Translations under genes and position numbers: made by a program
The notes under the pieces: generated by a model
What the model was told of the DNA's origin: nothing
The model's database searches: none
The model's input: only the letters and a program-made list of their open reading frames with translations
Shown here: positions 33,371-45,142 of the stretch, piece after piece
How the letters are laid out: every line of letters starts with the position of its first letter
How positions within the stretch are numbered: the stretch's first letter is position 1
DNA from: Escherichia coli
Lineage (GTDB): Bacteria > Pseudomonadota > Gammaproteobacteria > Enterobacterales > Enterobacteriaceae
Assembly (NCBI RefSeq): GCF_046105845.1
Contig: NZ_CP151004.1
Direction: 5' to 3' (one strand)
DNA: 64,000 bases

Positions 33371-33840
33371 ATATATTCCTTCAATCTCATTTATCGACTC
33401 CACATCCGTATATAACCGATTACTTTATTTAAGACACTTATAGTAGTAAATTCCTTTTTATCCTCTAAGAATGTCTTAATTGAAAATATGCACTCTATTC
33501 TAAAAAATAGAGAGCCCCGTTAGATGAATACTTCCGCGCAAAATATATTCAACACAAATATAGACCTGAAGCGGTAAATTACCAGGCTGAAAATTCTTTT
33601 TATATTGTCAGGTATTTCTTAAATTATCTTAATCCTTTGACAAGGAAATAAGTCAGTTCCAGATTTACAACGCCATCATGGACGAAAAATGAAGCTTTCA
33701 ATCTCAGCGACAGTGCGCCTCACCTTCGCACGAGGTCGCTTCACGCGATAAATCTGAAACGAAACCTGACAGCGCGCCCCGCTTCTGACAAAATAGGCGC
33801 ATCCCCTTCGACCTACGTAACAGATGGAATCCTCTCTCTG

Positions 33841-34707
33841 ATGGCAGCAAAGATTATTGACGGTAAAACGATTGCGCAGCAGGTGCGCTCTGAAGTTGCT
33901 CAAAAAGTTCAGGCGCGTATTGCAGCCGGACTGCGGGCACCAGGACTGGCCGTTGTGCTGGTGGGTAGTAACCCTGCATCGCAAATTTATGTCGCAAGCA
34001 AACGCAAGGCTTGTGAAGAAGTCGGGTTCGTCTCCCGCTCTTATGACCTCCCGGAAACCACCAGCGAAGCGGAGCTGCTGGAGCTTATCGATACGCTGAA
34101 TGCCGACAACACCATCGATGGCATTCTGGTTCAACTGCCGTTACCGGCGGGTATTGATAACGTCAAAGTGCTGGAACGTATTCATCCGGACAAAGACGTG
34201 GACGGTTTCCATCCTTACAACGTCGGTCGTCTGTGCCAGCGCGCGCCACGTCTGCGTCCCTGCACCCCGCGCGGTATCGTCACGCTGCTTGAGCGTTACA
34301 ACATTGATACCTTCGGCCTTAACGCCGTGGTGATTGGCGCATCGAATATCGTCGGTCGCCCAATGAGCATGGAACTGCTGCTGGCAGGTTGCACCACCAC
34401 CGTGACTCACCGTTTCACTAAAAATCTGCGTCACCACGTAGAAAATGCCGATCTGTTGATCGTTGCCGTCGGCAAGCCGGGCTTTATTCCTGGTGACTGG
34501 ATCAAAGAAGGCGCAATTGTGATTGATGTTGGCATCAACCGTCTGGAAAATGGCAAAGTTGTGGGCGACGTCGTGTTTGAAGACGCGGCTAAACGCGCCT
34601 CATACATTACGCCTGTTCCCGGCGGCGTTGGCCCAATGACGGTTGCCACGCTGATTGAAAACACGCTACAGGCGTGCGTTGAATATCATGATCCACAGGG
34701 TGAGTAA
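33841..34707 (+). CDS. folD: Bifunctional 5,10-methylene-tetrahydrofolate dehydrogenase/cyclohydrolase FolD (288 aa)
   Basis: [30 protein letters not shown]... Confidence 0.95.
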   Translation: MAAKIIDGKTIAQQVRSEVAQKVQARIAAGLRAPGLAVVLVGSNPASQIYVASKRKACEEVGFVSRSYDLPETTSEAELLELIDTLNADNTIDGILVQLPLPAGIDNVKVLERIHPDKDVDGFHPYNVGRLCQRAPRLRPCTPRGIVTLLERYNIDTFGLNAVVIGASNIVGRPMSMELLLAGCTTTVTHRFTKNLRHHVENADLLIVAVGKPGFIPGDWIKEGAIVIDVGINRLENGKVVGDVVFEDAAKRASYITPVPGGVGPMTVATLIENTLQACVEYHDPQGE

Positions 34708-34708
34708 C

Positions 34709-34921
34709 ATGGCGACATTTTCTTTAGGTAAACATCCGCACGTTGAGCTGTGCGACTTGCTGAAACTGGAAGGCTGGAGCGAAAGCGGCGCGCAGGCGAA
34801 AATCGCGATTGCCGAAGGCCAGGTGAAAGTCGACGGTGCGGTTGAAACGCGCAAACGCTGCAAAATCGTTGCCGGGCAGACAGTGAGTTTTGCCGGTCAC
34901 AGCGTACAGGTTGTTGCCTGA
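34709..34921 (+). CDS. ybcJ: S4-like RNA-binding protein YbcJ (70 aa)
   Basis: MATFSLGKHPHVELCDLLKLEGWSESGAQAKIAIAEGQVKVDGAVETRKRCKIVAGQTVSFAGHSVQVVA; ATG 1 nt after the folD stop. Confidence 0.85.
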   Translation: MATFSLGKHPHVELCDLLKLEGWSESGAQAKIAIAEGQVKVDGAVETRKRCKIVAGQTVSFAGHSVQVVA

Positions 34922-35028
34922 TCCCTTTCCCGGCCTGTAACAACAGGCCGGTTCTCTTTTCAGACTTTTGCCCTCTACGCCCCGTTCATCCATGCTGATA
35001 GCATCGACATTTTGCCGAAGCGATCATC

Positions 35029-35550
35029 ATGCCAACCGTTATTACGCACGCCGCCGTTCCCCTTTGCATTGGTTTAGGGTTGGGTTCGAAAGTCATCCCT
35101 CCGCGTCTTTTATTTGCCGGAATCGTCCTGGCGATGCTGCCTGATGCCGACGTATTGTCGTTTAAATTTGGCGTTGCTTACGGCAATGTTTTTGGTCATC
35201 GCGGGTTTACCCATTCGCTGGTGTTTGCGTTTGTTGTCCCGCTGTTATGTGTGCTGATTGGACGTCGATGGTTCAGGGCTGGGCTGATTCGCTGCTGGCT
35301 GTTTTTAACCGTCTCGTTGTTATCGCACAGCTTGCTGGATTCGGTAACCACTGGCGGTAAGGGCGTTGGCTGGCTGTGGCCGTGGTCAGATGAACGCTTT
35401 TTCGCTCCCTGGCAGGTGATTAAAGTCGCGCCGTTTGCATTGTCTCGTTACACCACGCCGTACGGACATCAGGTGATTATTTCTGAATTGATGTGGGTAT
35501 GGTTGCCGGGGATGCTACTGATAGGAATGTTGTGGTGGCGCAGACGATAA
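35029..35550 (+). CDS. ybcI: Inner membrane protein YbcI (173 aa)
   Basis: ORF 35029..35550, polytopic membrane protein; synteny. Confidence 0.85.
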   Translation: MPTVITHAAVPLCIGLGLGSKVIPPRLLFAGIVLAMLPDADVLSFKFGVAYGNVFGHRGFTHSLVFAFVVPLLCVLIGRRWFRAGLIRCWLFLTVSLLSHSLLDSVTTGGKGVGWLWPWSDERFFAPWQVIKVAPFALSRYTTPYGHQVIISELMWVWLPGMLLIGMLWWRRR

Positions 35551-35585
35551 CCGGATGCGAAAACTCGCATCCGGCAATAGCGCAA

Positions 35586-36971
35586 TTACTTACGACGCCA
35601 GGTGGTCCCTTGCGGGCCATCTTCCAGCACGATCCCCATCTCGTTAAGACGGTCACGCGCCGCATCTGCCGCCGCCCAGTCTTTCGCTTTACGGGCATCC
35701 AGACGCTGTTGAATTAACGCTTCAATCTCAGCCACTTCACTGTCGTCTGCCTGCGCGCCGCTTTGCAGGAACGCTTCCGGTTCTTGCTCCAGCAGGCCCA
35801 ATACAGCGGAAAGTTTACGCAGATGAGACGCCATTGCATTCGCCGCTGCCATATCTTCTGCTTTCAGACGGTTCACTTCACGGGCCATATCAAACAGCAC
35901 GGAATAGGCTTCCGGGGTGTTGAAATCGTCGTCCATCGCTTCAATAAAGCGCGCTTCAAACGCTTCGCCACCGGCAGGCGCAACGGTTTTATCTGTGCCA
36001 CGCAGCGCAGTGTAGAGACGCTCCAGCGCCGCACGTGCCTGCTTCAGGTTCTCTTCGCTGTAGTTCAGCTGGCTGCGATAGTGGCCTGACATCAGGAAGT
36101 AACGCACGGTTTCCGCGTCGTAGTATTTCAGCACATCGCGCACGGTAAAGAAGTTACCCAGCGATTTGGACATCTTCTCGCGGTCAACCATCACCATCCC
36201 GGAGTGCATCCAGTAGTTTACATACTGACCATCATGGGCACAGGTGGACTGCGCGATTTCATTCTCGTGGTGCGGGAACATCAGGTCAGAACCGCCGCCG
36301 TGGATATCAAAGTGGTTACCCAGCTGCTTGCAGTTCATTGCCGAACATTCAATGTGCCAGCCTGGACGGCCCGCGCCCCACGGAGACGGCCAGCTCGGTT
36401 CGCCCTCTTTCGACATCTTCCACAGAACGAAGTCCATCGGGTTGCGTTTGTCATCAACCACGTCAACGCGCGCGCCAGCCTGCAACTGGTCGAGATCCTG
36501 ACGCGACAGCACGCCATAAGTTGGATCGGTCGGTACGTCAAACATCACGTCGCCGTTGTCCGCCACATAAGCGTGACCTTTGGCGATAAGTTGCTCAGTG
36601 AGTTCAATAATTTCTGCGATATGGTGCGTCGCGCGCGGCTCCATATCCGGGCGCAGAATGTTCAAAGCATCAAAATCTTTGTGCATTTCGGCGATCATGC
36701 GATCCACCAGCGCTACAAAGCTTTCGCCATTTTCATTGGCGCGTTTGATGATTTTGTCATCGATATCGGTAATGTTACGCACATACTTCAGCTTATAGCC
36801 GAGGAAACGCAGGTAACGCGCAACCACGTCAAAGGCAACAAAGGTACGCCCGTGACCGATATGACAGAGATCGTAAACGGTGATTCCACACACGTACATG
36901 CCGACTTCCCCGGCGTGAATAGGCTTAAATTCCTCTTTTTGGCGTGTCAGAGTATTGAAGATTTTTAGCAT
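35586..36971 (-). CDS. cysS: Cysteine--tRNA ligase CysS (461 aa)
   Basis: [44 protein letters not shown]... with HIGH and KMSKS motifs. Confidence 0.95.
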
Positions 36972-37144
36972 CGAAGATTCCGTTTAGACATGTGTGGGTA
37001 ATTGAGTTGCGTATAATACCCATATTTCCCGCGCGAATCAGCATACATTGCGTGATGATCCGATCGTGCGGTTATGCTATAACACCACCCTATATATGAC
37101 CCGAACCGGGTTGAAGCACCAATCAAACGGAACAGGATGCAAAA

Positions 37145-37639
37145 ATGGTTACTTTCCACACCAATCACGGCGATATTGTCATCAAAACTTTTGACGATAA
37201 AGCACCTGAAACAGTTAAAAACTTCCTGGACTACTGCCGCGAAGGTTTTTACAACAACACCATTTTCCACCGTGTAATCAACGGATTTATGATTCAGGGC
37301 GGCGGTTTTGAACCGGGTATGAAACAAAAAGCCACCAAAGAACCGATCAAAAACGAAGCCAACAACGGTCTGAAAAATACCCGCGGTACGCTGGCAATGG
37401 CCCGTACTCAGGCACCGCACTCTGCAACTGCACAGTTCTTCATCAACGTGGTTGATAACGACTTCCTGAACTTCTCTGGCGAAAGCCTGCAAGGTTGGGG
37501 CTACTGCGTGTTTGCTGAAGTGGTTGAAGGCATGGACGTGGTAGACAAAATCAAAGGTGTGGCAACCGGTCGTAGCGGTATGCACCAGGACGTGCCAAAA
37601 GAAGACGTTATCATTGAAAGCGTGACAGTTAGCGAGTAA
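37145..37639 (+). CDS. ppiB: Peptidyl-prolyl cis-trans isomerase B (cyclophilin) PpiB (164 aa)
   Basis: [58 protein letters not shown]... Confidence 0.95.
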   Translation: MVTFHTNHGDIVIKTFDDKAPETVKNFLDYCREGFYNNTIFHRVINGFMIQGGGFEPGMKQKATKEPIKNEANNGLKNTRGTLAMARTQAPHSATAQFFINVVDNDFLNFSGESLQGWGYCVFAEVVEGMDVVDKIKGVATGRSGMHQDVPKEDVIIESVTVSE

Positions 37640-37641
37640 TC

Positions 37642-38364
37642 GTGGCGACACTCTTTATTGCAGATCTTCATCTCTGCGTGGAAGAACCGGCGATCACCGC
37701 CGGTTTTCTGCGTTTTTTAGCGGGGGAAGCCCGCAATGCCGACGCGCTGTATATTCTTGGCGATCTGTTTGAAGCGTGGATTGGCGACGACGATCCCAAC
37801 CCACTCCATCGCCAGATGGCGGCAGCGATCAAAGCGGTGTCCGATTCCGGTGTTCCCTGTTATTTCATTCATGGCAACCGTGATTTTCTGCTCGGCAAAC
37901 GCTTTGCCCGTGAAAGCGGCATGACGTTATTGCCGGAAGAAAAGGTGCTCGAATTGTATGGTCGCCGGGTATTGATTATGCATGGCGACACGCTGTGCAC
38001 CGATGACGCCGGTTATCAGGCTTTTCGCGCCAAAGTCCACAAACCCTGGCTGCAAACGCTATTCCTCGCCCTGCCGTTGTTTGTGCGCAAACGCATTGCC
38101 GCGCGAATGCGAGCGAACAGCAAAGAAGCCAACAGCAGTAAATCGCTGGCGATCATGGACGTTAACCAAAACGCGGTGGTCAGTGCGATGGAAAAACATC
38201 AGGTGCAATGGCTGATTCACGGGCATACCCATCGCCCGGCAGTACATGAACTTATCGCCAATCAGCAACCTGCTTTCCGCGTCGTGCTGGGTGCCTGGCA
38301 TACTGAAGGTTCAATGGTGAAAGTCACGGCAGATGACGTTGAGCTGATTCATTTTCCGTTTTAA
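37642..38364 (+). CDS. lpxH: UDP-2,3-diacylglucosamine pyrophosphohydrolase LpxH (240 aa, GTG start)
   Basis: [26 protein letters not shown]...; calcineurin-like phosphoesterase motifs; GTG at 37642. Confidence 0.93.
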   Translation: MATLFIADLHLCVEEPAITAGFLRFLAGEARNADALYILGDLFEAWIGDDDPNPLHRQMAAAIKAVSDSGVPCYFIHGNRDFLLGKRFARESGMTLLPEEKVLELYGRRVLIMHGDTLCTDDAGYQAFRAKVHKPWLQTLFLALPLFVRKRIAARMRANSKEANSSKSLAIMDVNQNAVVSAMEKHQVQWLIHGHTHRPAVHELIANQQPAFRVVLGAWHTEGSMVKVTADDVELIHFPF

Positions 38365-38394
38365 ATACCCGCAACTTTGCTGATTTCACAGCCA

Positions 38395-38410
38395 CGCAAC
38401 CGTTTTCCTT
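38395..38410. promoter_or_regulatory. PurR box upstream of purE
   Basis: acgcaaccgttttcct resembles the PurR operator consensus ACGCAAACGTTTTCNT. Confidence 0.6.
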
Positions 38411-38480
38411 GCTCTCTTTCCGTGCTATTCTCTGTGCCCTCAAAAGCCGAGAGTTGTGCACCACAGGAGTTTTAAGACGC

Positions 38481-38990
38481 ATGTCTTCCCGCAATAATCC
38501 GGCGCGTGTCGCCATCGTGATGGGGTCCAAAAGCGACTGGGCTACCATGCAGTTCGCCGCCGAAATCTTCGAAATCCTGAATGTCCCACACCACGTTGAA
38601 GTGGTTTCTGCTCACCGCACCCCCGATAAACTGTTCAGCTTCGCCGAAAGTGCCGAAGAAAACGGTTATCAGGTGATTATTGCGGGCGCAGGCGGCGCAG
38701 CGCACCTGCCTGGCATGATTGCCGCCAAAACGCTGGTGCCAGTGCTGGGCGTGCCAGTACAGAGCGCCGCACTGAGCGGTGTCGATAGCCTCTACTCCAT
38801 CGTACAAATGCCGCGCGGCATTCCGGTGGGTACACTGGCGATTGGTAAAGCTGGCGCGGCAAACGCGGCGTTACTGGCAGCACAAATTCTTGCAACTCAT
38901 GATAAAGAGCTACACCAGCGTCTGAATGACTGGCGCAAAGCCCAGACTGACGAAGTGCTGGAAAACCCGGACCCGCGAGGTGCGGCATGA
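38481..38990 (+). CDS. purE: N5-carboxyaminoimidazole ribonucleotide mutase PurE (169 aa)
   Basis: [52 protein letters not shown]... Confidence 0.95.
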   Translation: MSSRNNPARVAIVMGSKSDWATMQFAAEIFEILNVPHHVEVVSAHRTPDKLFSFAESAEENGYQVIIAGAGGAAHLPGMIAAKTLVPVLGVPVQSAALSGVDSLYSIVQMPRGIPVGTLAIGKAGAANAALLAAQILATHDKELHQRLNDWRKAQTDEVLENPDPRGAA

Positions 38991-40054
38991 AACAGGTTTG
39001 CGTCCTCGGTAACGGGCAGTTAGGCCGTATGCTGCGTCAGGCAGGCGAACCGTTAGGCATTGCTGTCTGGCCAGTCGGGCTGGACGCTGAACCGGCGGCG
39101 GTGCCTTTTCAACAAAGCGTGATTACCGCTGAGATCGAACGCTGGCCGGAAACCGCATTAACCCGCGAGCTGGCGCGCCATCCGGCCTTTGTGAACCGCG
39201 ATGTATTCCCGATTATTGCTGACCGTCTGACTCAGAAGCAGCTTTTCGACAAGCTTCACCTGCCGACCGCACCGTGGCAGTTACTTGCCGATCGCAGCGA
39301 GTGGCCTGCGGTGTTTGATCGTTTAGGTGAGCTGGCGATTGTTAAGCGCCGCACTGGTGGCTATGACGGACGCGGTCAATGGCGTTTACGCGCCGATGAA
39401 ACCGAACAGTTACCGGCTGAATGCTACGGCGAATGTATTGTCGAGCAGGGCATAAACTTCTCTGGTGAAGTGTCGCTGGTTGGCGCGCGCGGTTTTGATG
39501 GCAGCACCGTGTTTTATCCGCTGACGCATAACCTGCATCAGGACGGTATTTTGCGCACCAGCGTCGCTTTCCCGCAGGCCAACGCACAGCAACAAACACA
39601 AGCCGAAGAGATGTTGTCGGCGATTATGCAGGAACTGGGCTATGTGGGCGTGATGGCGATGGAGTGTTTTGTCACCCCGCAAGGTCTGTTGATCAACGAA
39701 CTGGCTCCTCGTGTGCATAACAGCGGTCACTGGACACAAAACGGTGCCAGCATCAGCCAGTTTGAGCTGCATCTGCGGGCGATTATCGATCTGCCGTTAC
39801 CGCAACCGGTAGTGAATAGTCCGTCGGTGATGATCAACCTGATTGGTAGCGATGTGAATTATGACTGGCTGAAACTGCCGCTGGTGCATCTGCACTGGTA
39901 CGACAAAGAAGTCCGTCCGGGGCGTAAAGTGGGGCATCTGAATTTGACCGACAGCGACACATCGCGTCTGACCGCGACGCTGGAAGCCTTAATTCCGCTG
40001 CTGCCGCCGGAGTATGCCAGCGGCGTGATGTGGGCGCAGAGTAAGTTCAGTTAA
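38987..40054 (+). CDS. purK: N5-carboxyaminoimidazole ribonucleotide synthase PurK (355 aa)
   Basis: ATP-grasp protein; start overlaps the purE stop (atga). Confidence 0.95.
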   Translation: MKQVCVLGNGQLGRMLRQAGEPLGIAVWPVGLDAEPAAVPFQQSVITAEIERWPETALTRELARHPAFVNRDVFPIIADRLTQKQLFDKLHLPTAPWQLLADRSEWPAVFDRLGELAIVKRRTGGYDGRGQWRLRADETEQLPAECYGECIVEQGINFSGEVSLVGARGFDGSTVFYPLTHNLHQDGILRTSVAFPQANAQQQTQAEEMLSAIMQELGYVGVMAMECFVTPQGLLINELAPRVHNSGHWTQNGASISQFELHLRAIIDLPLPQPVVNSPSVMINLIGSDVNYDWLKLPLVHLHWYDKEVRPGRKVGHLNLTDSDTSRLTATLEALIPLLPPEYASGVMWAQSKFS

Positions 40055-40072
40055 CCTGGTGCTCATTTGATT

Positions 40073-40152
40073 GCCGGATGCGGCGTGAACGCCTTATCCG
40101 ACCTGTGGAAACAGTGATATTTCCAGGTCGGATAATCAGCATCGCATCAGGC
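40073..40152. repeat. BIME: pair of inverted REP elements
   Basis: gccggatgcggcgtgaacgccttatccgacct ... aggtcggataatcagcatcgcatcaggc. Confidence 0.8.
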
Positions 40153-40173
40153 ACAAATACCGAATGCCTACGA

Positions 40174-41067
40174 CTACAGCGAAATACAGGTCCCCGCTTC
40201 GCCCGCCAGCGTCTCTTCAATCCGCGATAACGCCCCAATCCACGCAGGTTTACCACGGCTTCTGACATAGCCACTCACCGCAGTCACCTTCGGCCCCATC
40301 GAACCATCGGCTTTGGCAAATGGCGCTAACTCATCCGGTGTGGCATGGCGAATGGCACGTTGCTGCGGCGTTCCCCAGTTTTCATATACCGCATCAGCAT
40401 CGGTGAGGATCACCAGTCCATCGGCATTAATCTGCTCGGCAAGCAACGCAGCGGCGAGATCTTTATCAATCACCGCTTCACTCCCTGCTCCGTCATCCGT
40501 CACCGGCACACCGCCGCCGCCACTGCAAATTACCACATGCCCCTCTTTGAGCAACAACTCAATGGCTTCGCTGTCGAGAATTTTACGCGGTTGCGGAGAC
40601 GCCACCACCCGGCGTAAATATTTACCATCACGTTTCATCTGCCAGCCATAAGCCGCTTCCAGTGCCTCTTGTTCTTCTGGCTGATAAACCGGACCGATAA
40701 ACTTCTCTGGCTGCAAAAACGCCGGATCATCAGGCGAAACTTCAATGCGCGTCAGCACCGTCGTGACAGGCGGCATCTGCGGCTGTGCGCCCAAACTCTG
40801 CGCCAGCATATAGCCAATCATCCCCTGGCTTTCCGCAACCAGCACATCCAGCGGATACGGTTCTACCTCTTTCCACGCCAGATTCTGCAATGCCAGCAGC
40901 CCCACCTGCGGCCCGTTGCCGTGAACAATCGCCAGCCGATAAGAACGGGCCAGGCGCGCCAGCGCGGGTACAGCACTGGCGATATTGCGATATTGATTTT
41001 CTGCCGTCAGCGCCTCACCGCGCTGGAGTAAGGCGTTGCCCCCAAGAGCCACAACCAGTGTTTTCAT
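40174..41067 (-). CDS. arcC: Carbamate kinase (YbcF/ArcC-like), 297 aa
   Basis: [39 protein letters not shown]...; amino-acid kinase fold; last gene of the fdrA-ylbE-ylbF operon; gene symbol follows the K-12 synonym (ybcF) as I recall it. Confidence 0.85.
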   Translation of the reverse strand: MKTLVVALGGNALLQRGEALTAENQYRNIASAVPALARLARSYRLAIVHGNGPQVGLLALQNLAWKEVEPYPLDVLVAESQGMIGYMLAQSLGAQPQMPPVTTVLTRIEVSPDDPAFLQPEKFIGPVYQPEEQEALEAAYGWQMKRDGKYLRRVVASPQPRKILDSEAIELLLKEGHVVICSGGGGVPVTDDGAGSEAVIDKDLAAALLAEQINADGLVILTDADAVYENWGTPQQRAIRHATPDELAPFAKADGSMGPKVTAVSGYVRSRGKPAWIGALSRIEETLAGEAGTCISL

Positions 41068-41879
41068 GGTTTTCCTTGTAATAATTGTTGGCCAAGCCAG
41101 AACCCCAGCAGCGTATCTGCCCCTGACGTATGCCCCAGCGCCAGCAGCGAATCAATCGCAACAGCGGTACGTTTCGGGCAACTCAGAGCATGAACAAAGT
41201 GCAGGAGTGGCGAGGCGAAATATCCTTGCGCGGCATAACGTAAATAACTGACGCTCACCGCAGTGGTAACGAGTTGAAGATGGTCGGAACAGGCAAAAAA
41301 ATGGCGACCGGAGCGCGCATCTAAAGCGCCATAATACCAGGCCGCCAGCAGCATTCCGCTCAGCGTGTCATCATGACTTGGCGTTAATCCCGGACCTTTA
41401 CCCAGCCAGTGCCGCCAGTCGGTCTTCACGCCATTGAGCGCGGCCTGAAAACAGTGGCGAAACTGGCGTAATTCAGCAGGCAGCGGATCGCTTGTCGCCA
41501 TCGCCAGTGGCCCGAAAAGCCCGGTTTCCTCCGCGCGTTGCATCCATGCAACGGCAAGCGGTTGAGGATGCGCAGGCGGCGTAATACGCAGCAGATAATA
41601 ACGCTGTGGCTGTTTAACCGTGAAACGCCCGAGGCGAATCCCTTGTGCCACAACCTGTGGTCGTTCATTGCCGCATAATCCACCGCATAACGCATCGAAT
41701 TGCGCGCGGCGAAGCACCCATCCGCCGGGGCCGAAACCACTACCCTGACGATGCAGCGTTAACAGTTCGCCGCTTTCCGTCATCAGGTTAATCGCCCGCC
41801 GCCACACTCCCGCTAACCGCCAGGACTGGCGATAATTCGGTGCGCTACTAATGGCAAGCAGAGGATGGATGATCGTCAT
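41064..41879 (-). CDS. ylbF: YlbF (DUF2877 family protein), 271 aa
   Basis: ORF 41064..41879; 4-nt overlap with the downstream carbamate kinase start. Confidence 0.8.
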   Translation of the reverse strand: MTIIHPLLAISSAPNYRQSWRLAGVWRRAINLMTESGELLTLHRQGSGFGPGGWVLRRAQFDALCGGLCGNERPQVVAQGIRLGRFTVKQPQRYYLLRITPPAHPQPLAVAWMQRAEETGLFGPLAMATSDPLPAELRQFRHCFQAALNGVKTDWRHWLGKGPGLTPSHDDTLSGMLLAAWYYGALDARSGRHFFACSDHLQLVTTAVSVSYLRYAAQGYFASPLLHFVHALSCPKRTAVAIDSLLALGHTSGADTLLGFWLGQQLLQGKP

Positions 41880-41889
41880 TGTGCGTTCC

Positions 41890-43149
41890 TCAACCTATCC
41901 CCATGCTTTCAGCCAGTGCTTCCAGCGCTTGTTCAAAGCAGGCCAACGGTGCCCGCACAGTGCCTGCGCCAATCTGCCCGATCCCCGCCTCTTTATGGGC
42001 GATACCGGTATTGATGAGTGGCGTAATGCCGGTTTCTACCACGCGACGAATATCCAGCCCCAGGCACGCGCCCTGGAAATCCCAGCCGGGGATCTGCAAC
42101 TGCATATTGCGTTCAAGATAAATTTCCGCCATCTCTTCAGATACCGCCCTGGCCGCTTCCATGCCACCCGCACCGACAAAGCGCGTTACGCCAGGTGCTG
42201 CGATCATCGCCGCTCCGCCAATACCAAAGGTTTCGGTAATTGCGCTATCGCCCATATCCGGGTTCGCCTGCTCCTGCGAGAAGCCGGTGAAAAACAGACC
42301 TTGGGGAGTGTTTACAGGCGCAGTAAACCAGCGTTCGCCCAGCCCGCTGACCCGAATCCCGAACATATTGCCGTTGCGGGTCATTGCCGTGACGATGCTG
42401 CCTGCGCGGATCATCGCACCAGCATCCATCGCCGCCTTGCAGTAAGCCATCGCGAGGTTAAGGAAGAACTGATCGGTCACGCTGAGGAAATCCATCACTT
42501 CCGCAATGTGCTGTTTATCATGATCGAGGCGTGCAATTTGTGGGGCCAGCGTACGCATTAACAGTGCTGAGGAAGCAATATTGCGTTGATGGAACTCATC
42601 GCCCATGGTAATGCCCTGCGCCATCATTGCCGTGAGATCGATACCGCGCTCCATGCGCCCCAGCGCCGCGCTTAATACTGGCATTAACACATCGCGCATC
42701 CAGCGATGGCGAGTCAGGACATCTTCGCCGTAAGCGCCAAAACGCATCACTTTGCCGATACCTTCGTTGAGGTTGCAGTACGCCCGGTTGCCGTCGGTCA
42801 CGTTCTCGACCACCAGCATCGGCATACTGGCAGAAGTAATACCGCCCATTGGCCCGACGGCATTCACATGGTGACAAGGAATGAAGTTCACTTCCCCCTG
42901 CTCCAGTATTGCCAGCGCCTGCGCTTCATCTTTCGCCCAGCCTTCGAACAGACATGCGCCCACGCACGCCCCTTTCATGGGTCCGGTCATCTCCTGCCAG
43001 CGCATTGGCGGCCCGGCGTGAAGCAGTGTTTTGCCCTTGTTTAGTTCGCTGATAAGTGAAGAAGCCGGTTGCACATCCAGCCAGTGTGGACGAGCGCGAC
43101 GAATTTGTTCGATAACCGCAGCATTGGCTTGCGCCACTGATGTAAACAT
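41890..43149 (-). CDS. ylbE: YlbE (DUF1116 family protein), uninterrupted 419-aa ORF
   Basis: ORF 41890..43149 between fdrA and ylbF, with no frameshift or internal stop. Confidence 0.85.
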   Translation of the reverse strand: MFTSVAQANAAVIEQIRRARPHWLDVQPASSLISELNKGKTLLHAGPPMRWQEMTGPMKGACVGACLFEGWAKDEAQALAILEQGEVNFIPCHHVNAVGPMGGITSASMPMLVVENVTDGNRAYCNLNEGIGKVMRFGAYGEDVLTRHRWMRDVLMPVLSAALGRMERGIDLTAMMAQGITMGDEFHQRNIASSALLMRTLAPQIARLDHDKQHIAEVMDFLSVTDQFFLNLAMAYCKAAMDAGAMIRAGSIVTAMTRNGNMFGIRVSGLGERWFTAPVNTPQGLFFTGFSQEQANPDMGDSAITETFGIGGAAMIAAPGVTRFVGAGGMEAARAVSEEMAEIYLERNMQLQIPGWDFQGACLGLDIRRVVETGITPLINTGIAHKEAGIGQIGAGTVRAPLACFEQALEALAESMGIG

Positions 43150-43158
43150 GGGAACCCC

Positions 43159-44826
43159 TTATTGCAAACGTTCTAATAAACGAGCCAGTTTTTTATTGCC
43201 GCCGGCGACTGGCGACCATTGGTAATGCACAACCGGTTTGCTGGCGCTTTGTAGCTCCAGCGCAAAGCTGCGTAATCCGATGTTAATCACGGCGACGTTT
43301 TCCAGTAATGACGGTGTGTGTTGCTGTGCGGCAGGCGAGAGCGGATGAATTAACGCTGCCGCCAGCAAGGTGGCTTCCGGTAGCGAACTCACGACAGCAA
43401 TCCCCGCATCTTCCAGCGTGGCGATTTGCTGCGAGCGGCATTGCGGGTCACGTTCGGTACCTGTCACCGTGGCAATGGCGTACAGCGGTTGGCTGTCTGA
43501 ACGCGCGGCACAGGCTTTTTGCCAGGCGCTCACCAGCGAGGCGGCAGGATCGGCGGTCGCACCGAAGCCAATCACGACATCAAGCAGCAACACGCGCACT
43601 TGCGGTTTAGCGCCGAGATCGGCAATTAACTGGTTGCGTAAGGTTGGGTCGATCATCGGATGGGGACGCCCGACGGTGTAGAAATCATCGCCAAGGTCAA
43701 TGATCTGGTGACCATCGGCGTCGAGCATCATGCCGTGATGATGGGTATCGTCGGCTTCCACGCCAAGGTGTCCGGCAAGTAATCCCGCCGCTTCAGCAGC
43801 CAGCGTACCGCCGGTATACAAACCGCAAATAAATCCGCTGCTGACAGGTGCTATTGCGTTACGTCGCGCCGTGACGCGTGAAAGCAGGCAAGCCAGGCGT
43901 GCGGCCTCATCCAGCGAGGAGGCAAACCAGACATTTTCGTCGCGGGCCACCGCCGGGGTATAACCTAAAAACAGCGCCACCGTCGGTTTGCCGGTTGCTT
44001 TCATGGCATTAACAATTTTCAGACGCACAGCTTCGGCAGGTGGTTTTGAAACAAATGCCAGCACTTCGCTTTTCTCGTCTGCACTGAGCATTTCCAGCGC
44101 CGTCAGCGCACTGATGCCGCCCACTTCACGGCTGAGGTCGCGCCCGCCAAGGCCAATCGCGTGAGTAATTCCCTCCCCTGCCAGCGCAATCTGCGAACAC
44201 AGCTCCTGAATCCCGGTACCGGAAGCGCCAATGACGCCAATATTGCCTTCCGGCATCACGTTAGCAAAAGCCAGCGGCGTGGCGGCAATCATCGACGTAC
44301 CGCAGTCTGGCCCCATCACCAGCAAGCCTTTTTCCCGCGCGCGGGTTTTAAGTTGGATTTCATCTTCCAGCGTGACGTTATCGGAGAACATCATCACGTT
44401 GAGGTTGCGATCCAGCGCCTGATTCGCCAGCTCCGCCGCATACTCGCCAGCCACTGAAATCAGCGCCAGACTGGCGTCGGGTAATTTCTGACAGGCACTG
44501 TCCCAGCGACGCACCTGCGTCAACGCCTGGCTGCTGCCTGAACCCTGCGCCAGTTGTTTTAGCGCCTCTTCAAGCTGCTGCATAACCGCCTGCGCGATCC
44601 CCGCATCCGCCGCTTCGCTACGAATTGCCACGCAAATATCGTTCGGCGTGGCGTGATTAAAATCGTCATGCCAGAAACCTGTCGTCTCTAATAACGCTTT
44701 ATTGGCAGGCGTACCCATCATTACAGAAACATCATCAACATTTTCTGATTCGCTAAGTTTTCGTGAAATAATCATTAAACTGACCGAATCCTGAAAACAC
44801 CCTTTTTTAATAAAGGCGTGGATCAT
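43159..44826 (-). CDS. fdrA: FdrA (CoA-binding, succinyl-CoA synthetase alpha-like fold), 555 aa
   Basis: ORF 43159..44826; first gene of the operon divergent from allD. Confidence 0.85.
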   Translation of the reverse strand: MIHAFIKKGCFQDSVSLMIISRKLSESENVDDVSVMMGTPANKALLETTGFWHDDFNHATPNDICVAIRSEAADAGIAQAVMQQLEEALKQLAQGSGSSQALTQVRRWDSACQKLPDASLALISVAGEYAAELANQALDRNLNVMMFSDNVTLEDEIQLKTRAREKGLLVMGPDCGTSMIAATPLAFANVMPEGNIGVIGASGTGIQELCSQIALAGEGITHAIGLGGRDLSREVGGISALTALEMLSADEKSEVLAFVSKPPAEAVRLKIVNAMKATGKPTVALFLGYTPAVARDENVWFASSLDEAARLACLLSRVTARRNAIAPVSSGFICGLYTGGTLAAEAAGLLAGHLGVEADDTHHHGMMLDADGHQIIDLGDDFYTVGRPHPMIDPTLRNQLIADLGAKPQVRVLLLDVVIGFGATADPAASLVSAWQKACAARSDSQPLYAIATVTGTERDPQCRSQQIATLEDAGIAVVSSLPEATLLAAALIHPLSPAAQQHTPSLLENVAVINIGLRSFALELQSASKPVVHYQWSPVAGGNKKLARLLERLQ

Positions 44827-45142
44827 AACAACTCCTTAAAAATTGCACCCATGGCAATTGCACGAGCAGTGTTAATGTGGCAATTACGGTATCGATGACA
44901 ACGGGTAAATAAGGTGATGAATATCACACAGGGATTATTAACAAAAGAATTCAAATAACCGCCATGTTATTACGCGTTACTTTTTAATAAGCGTGGTTGT
45001 TTTAAAAACCAGGTTAAAAGCGAGCGGATTATCAAATAAATTCTAACTATATTTTTTTGCCTGTCTGGATCACATAATCCAGATATTTTCCCTGTATGTT
45101 AATTGCAGTCATGCTTCACACCGTCGTTAAAAAGGAAGACAG

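Noticed and set aside
36204-36968. 254-aa plus-strand ORF overlapping cysS
   Set aside because: Antisense to cysS, whose product has clear class I synthetase motifs.
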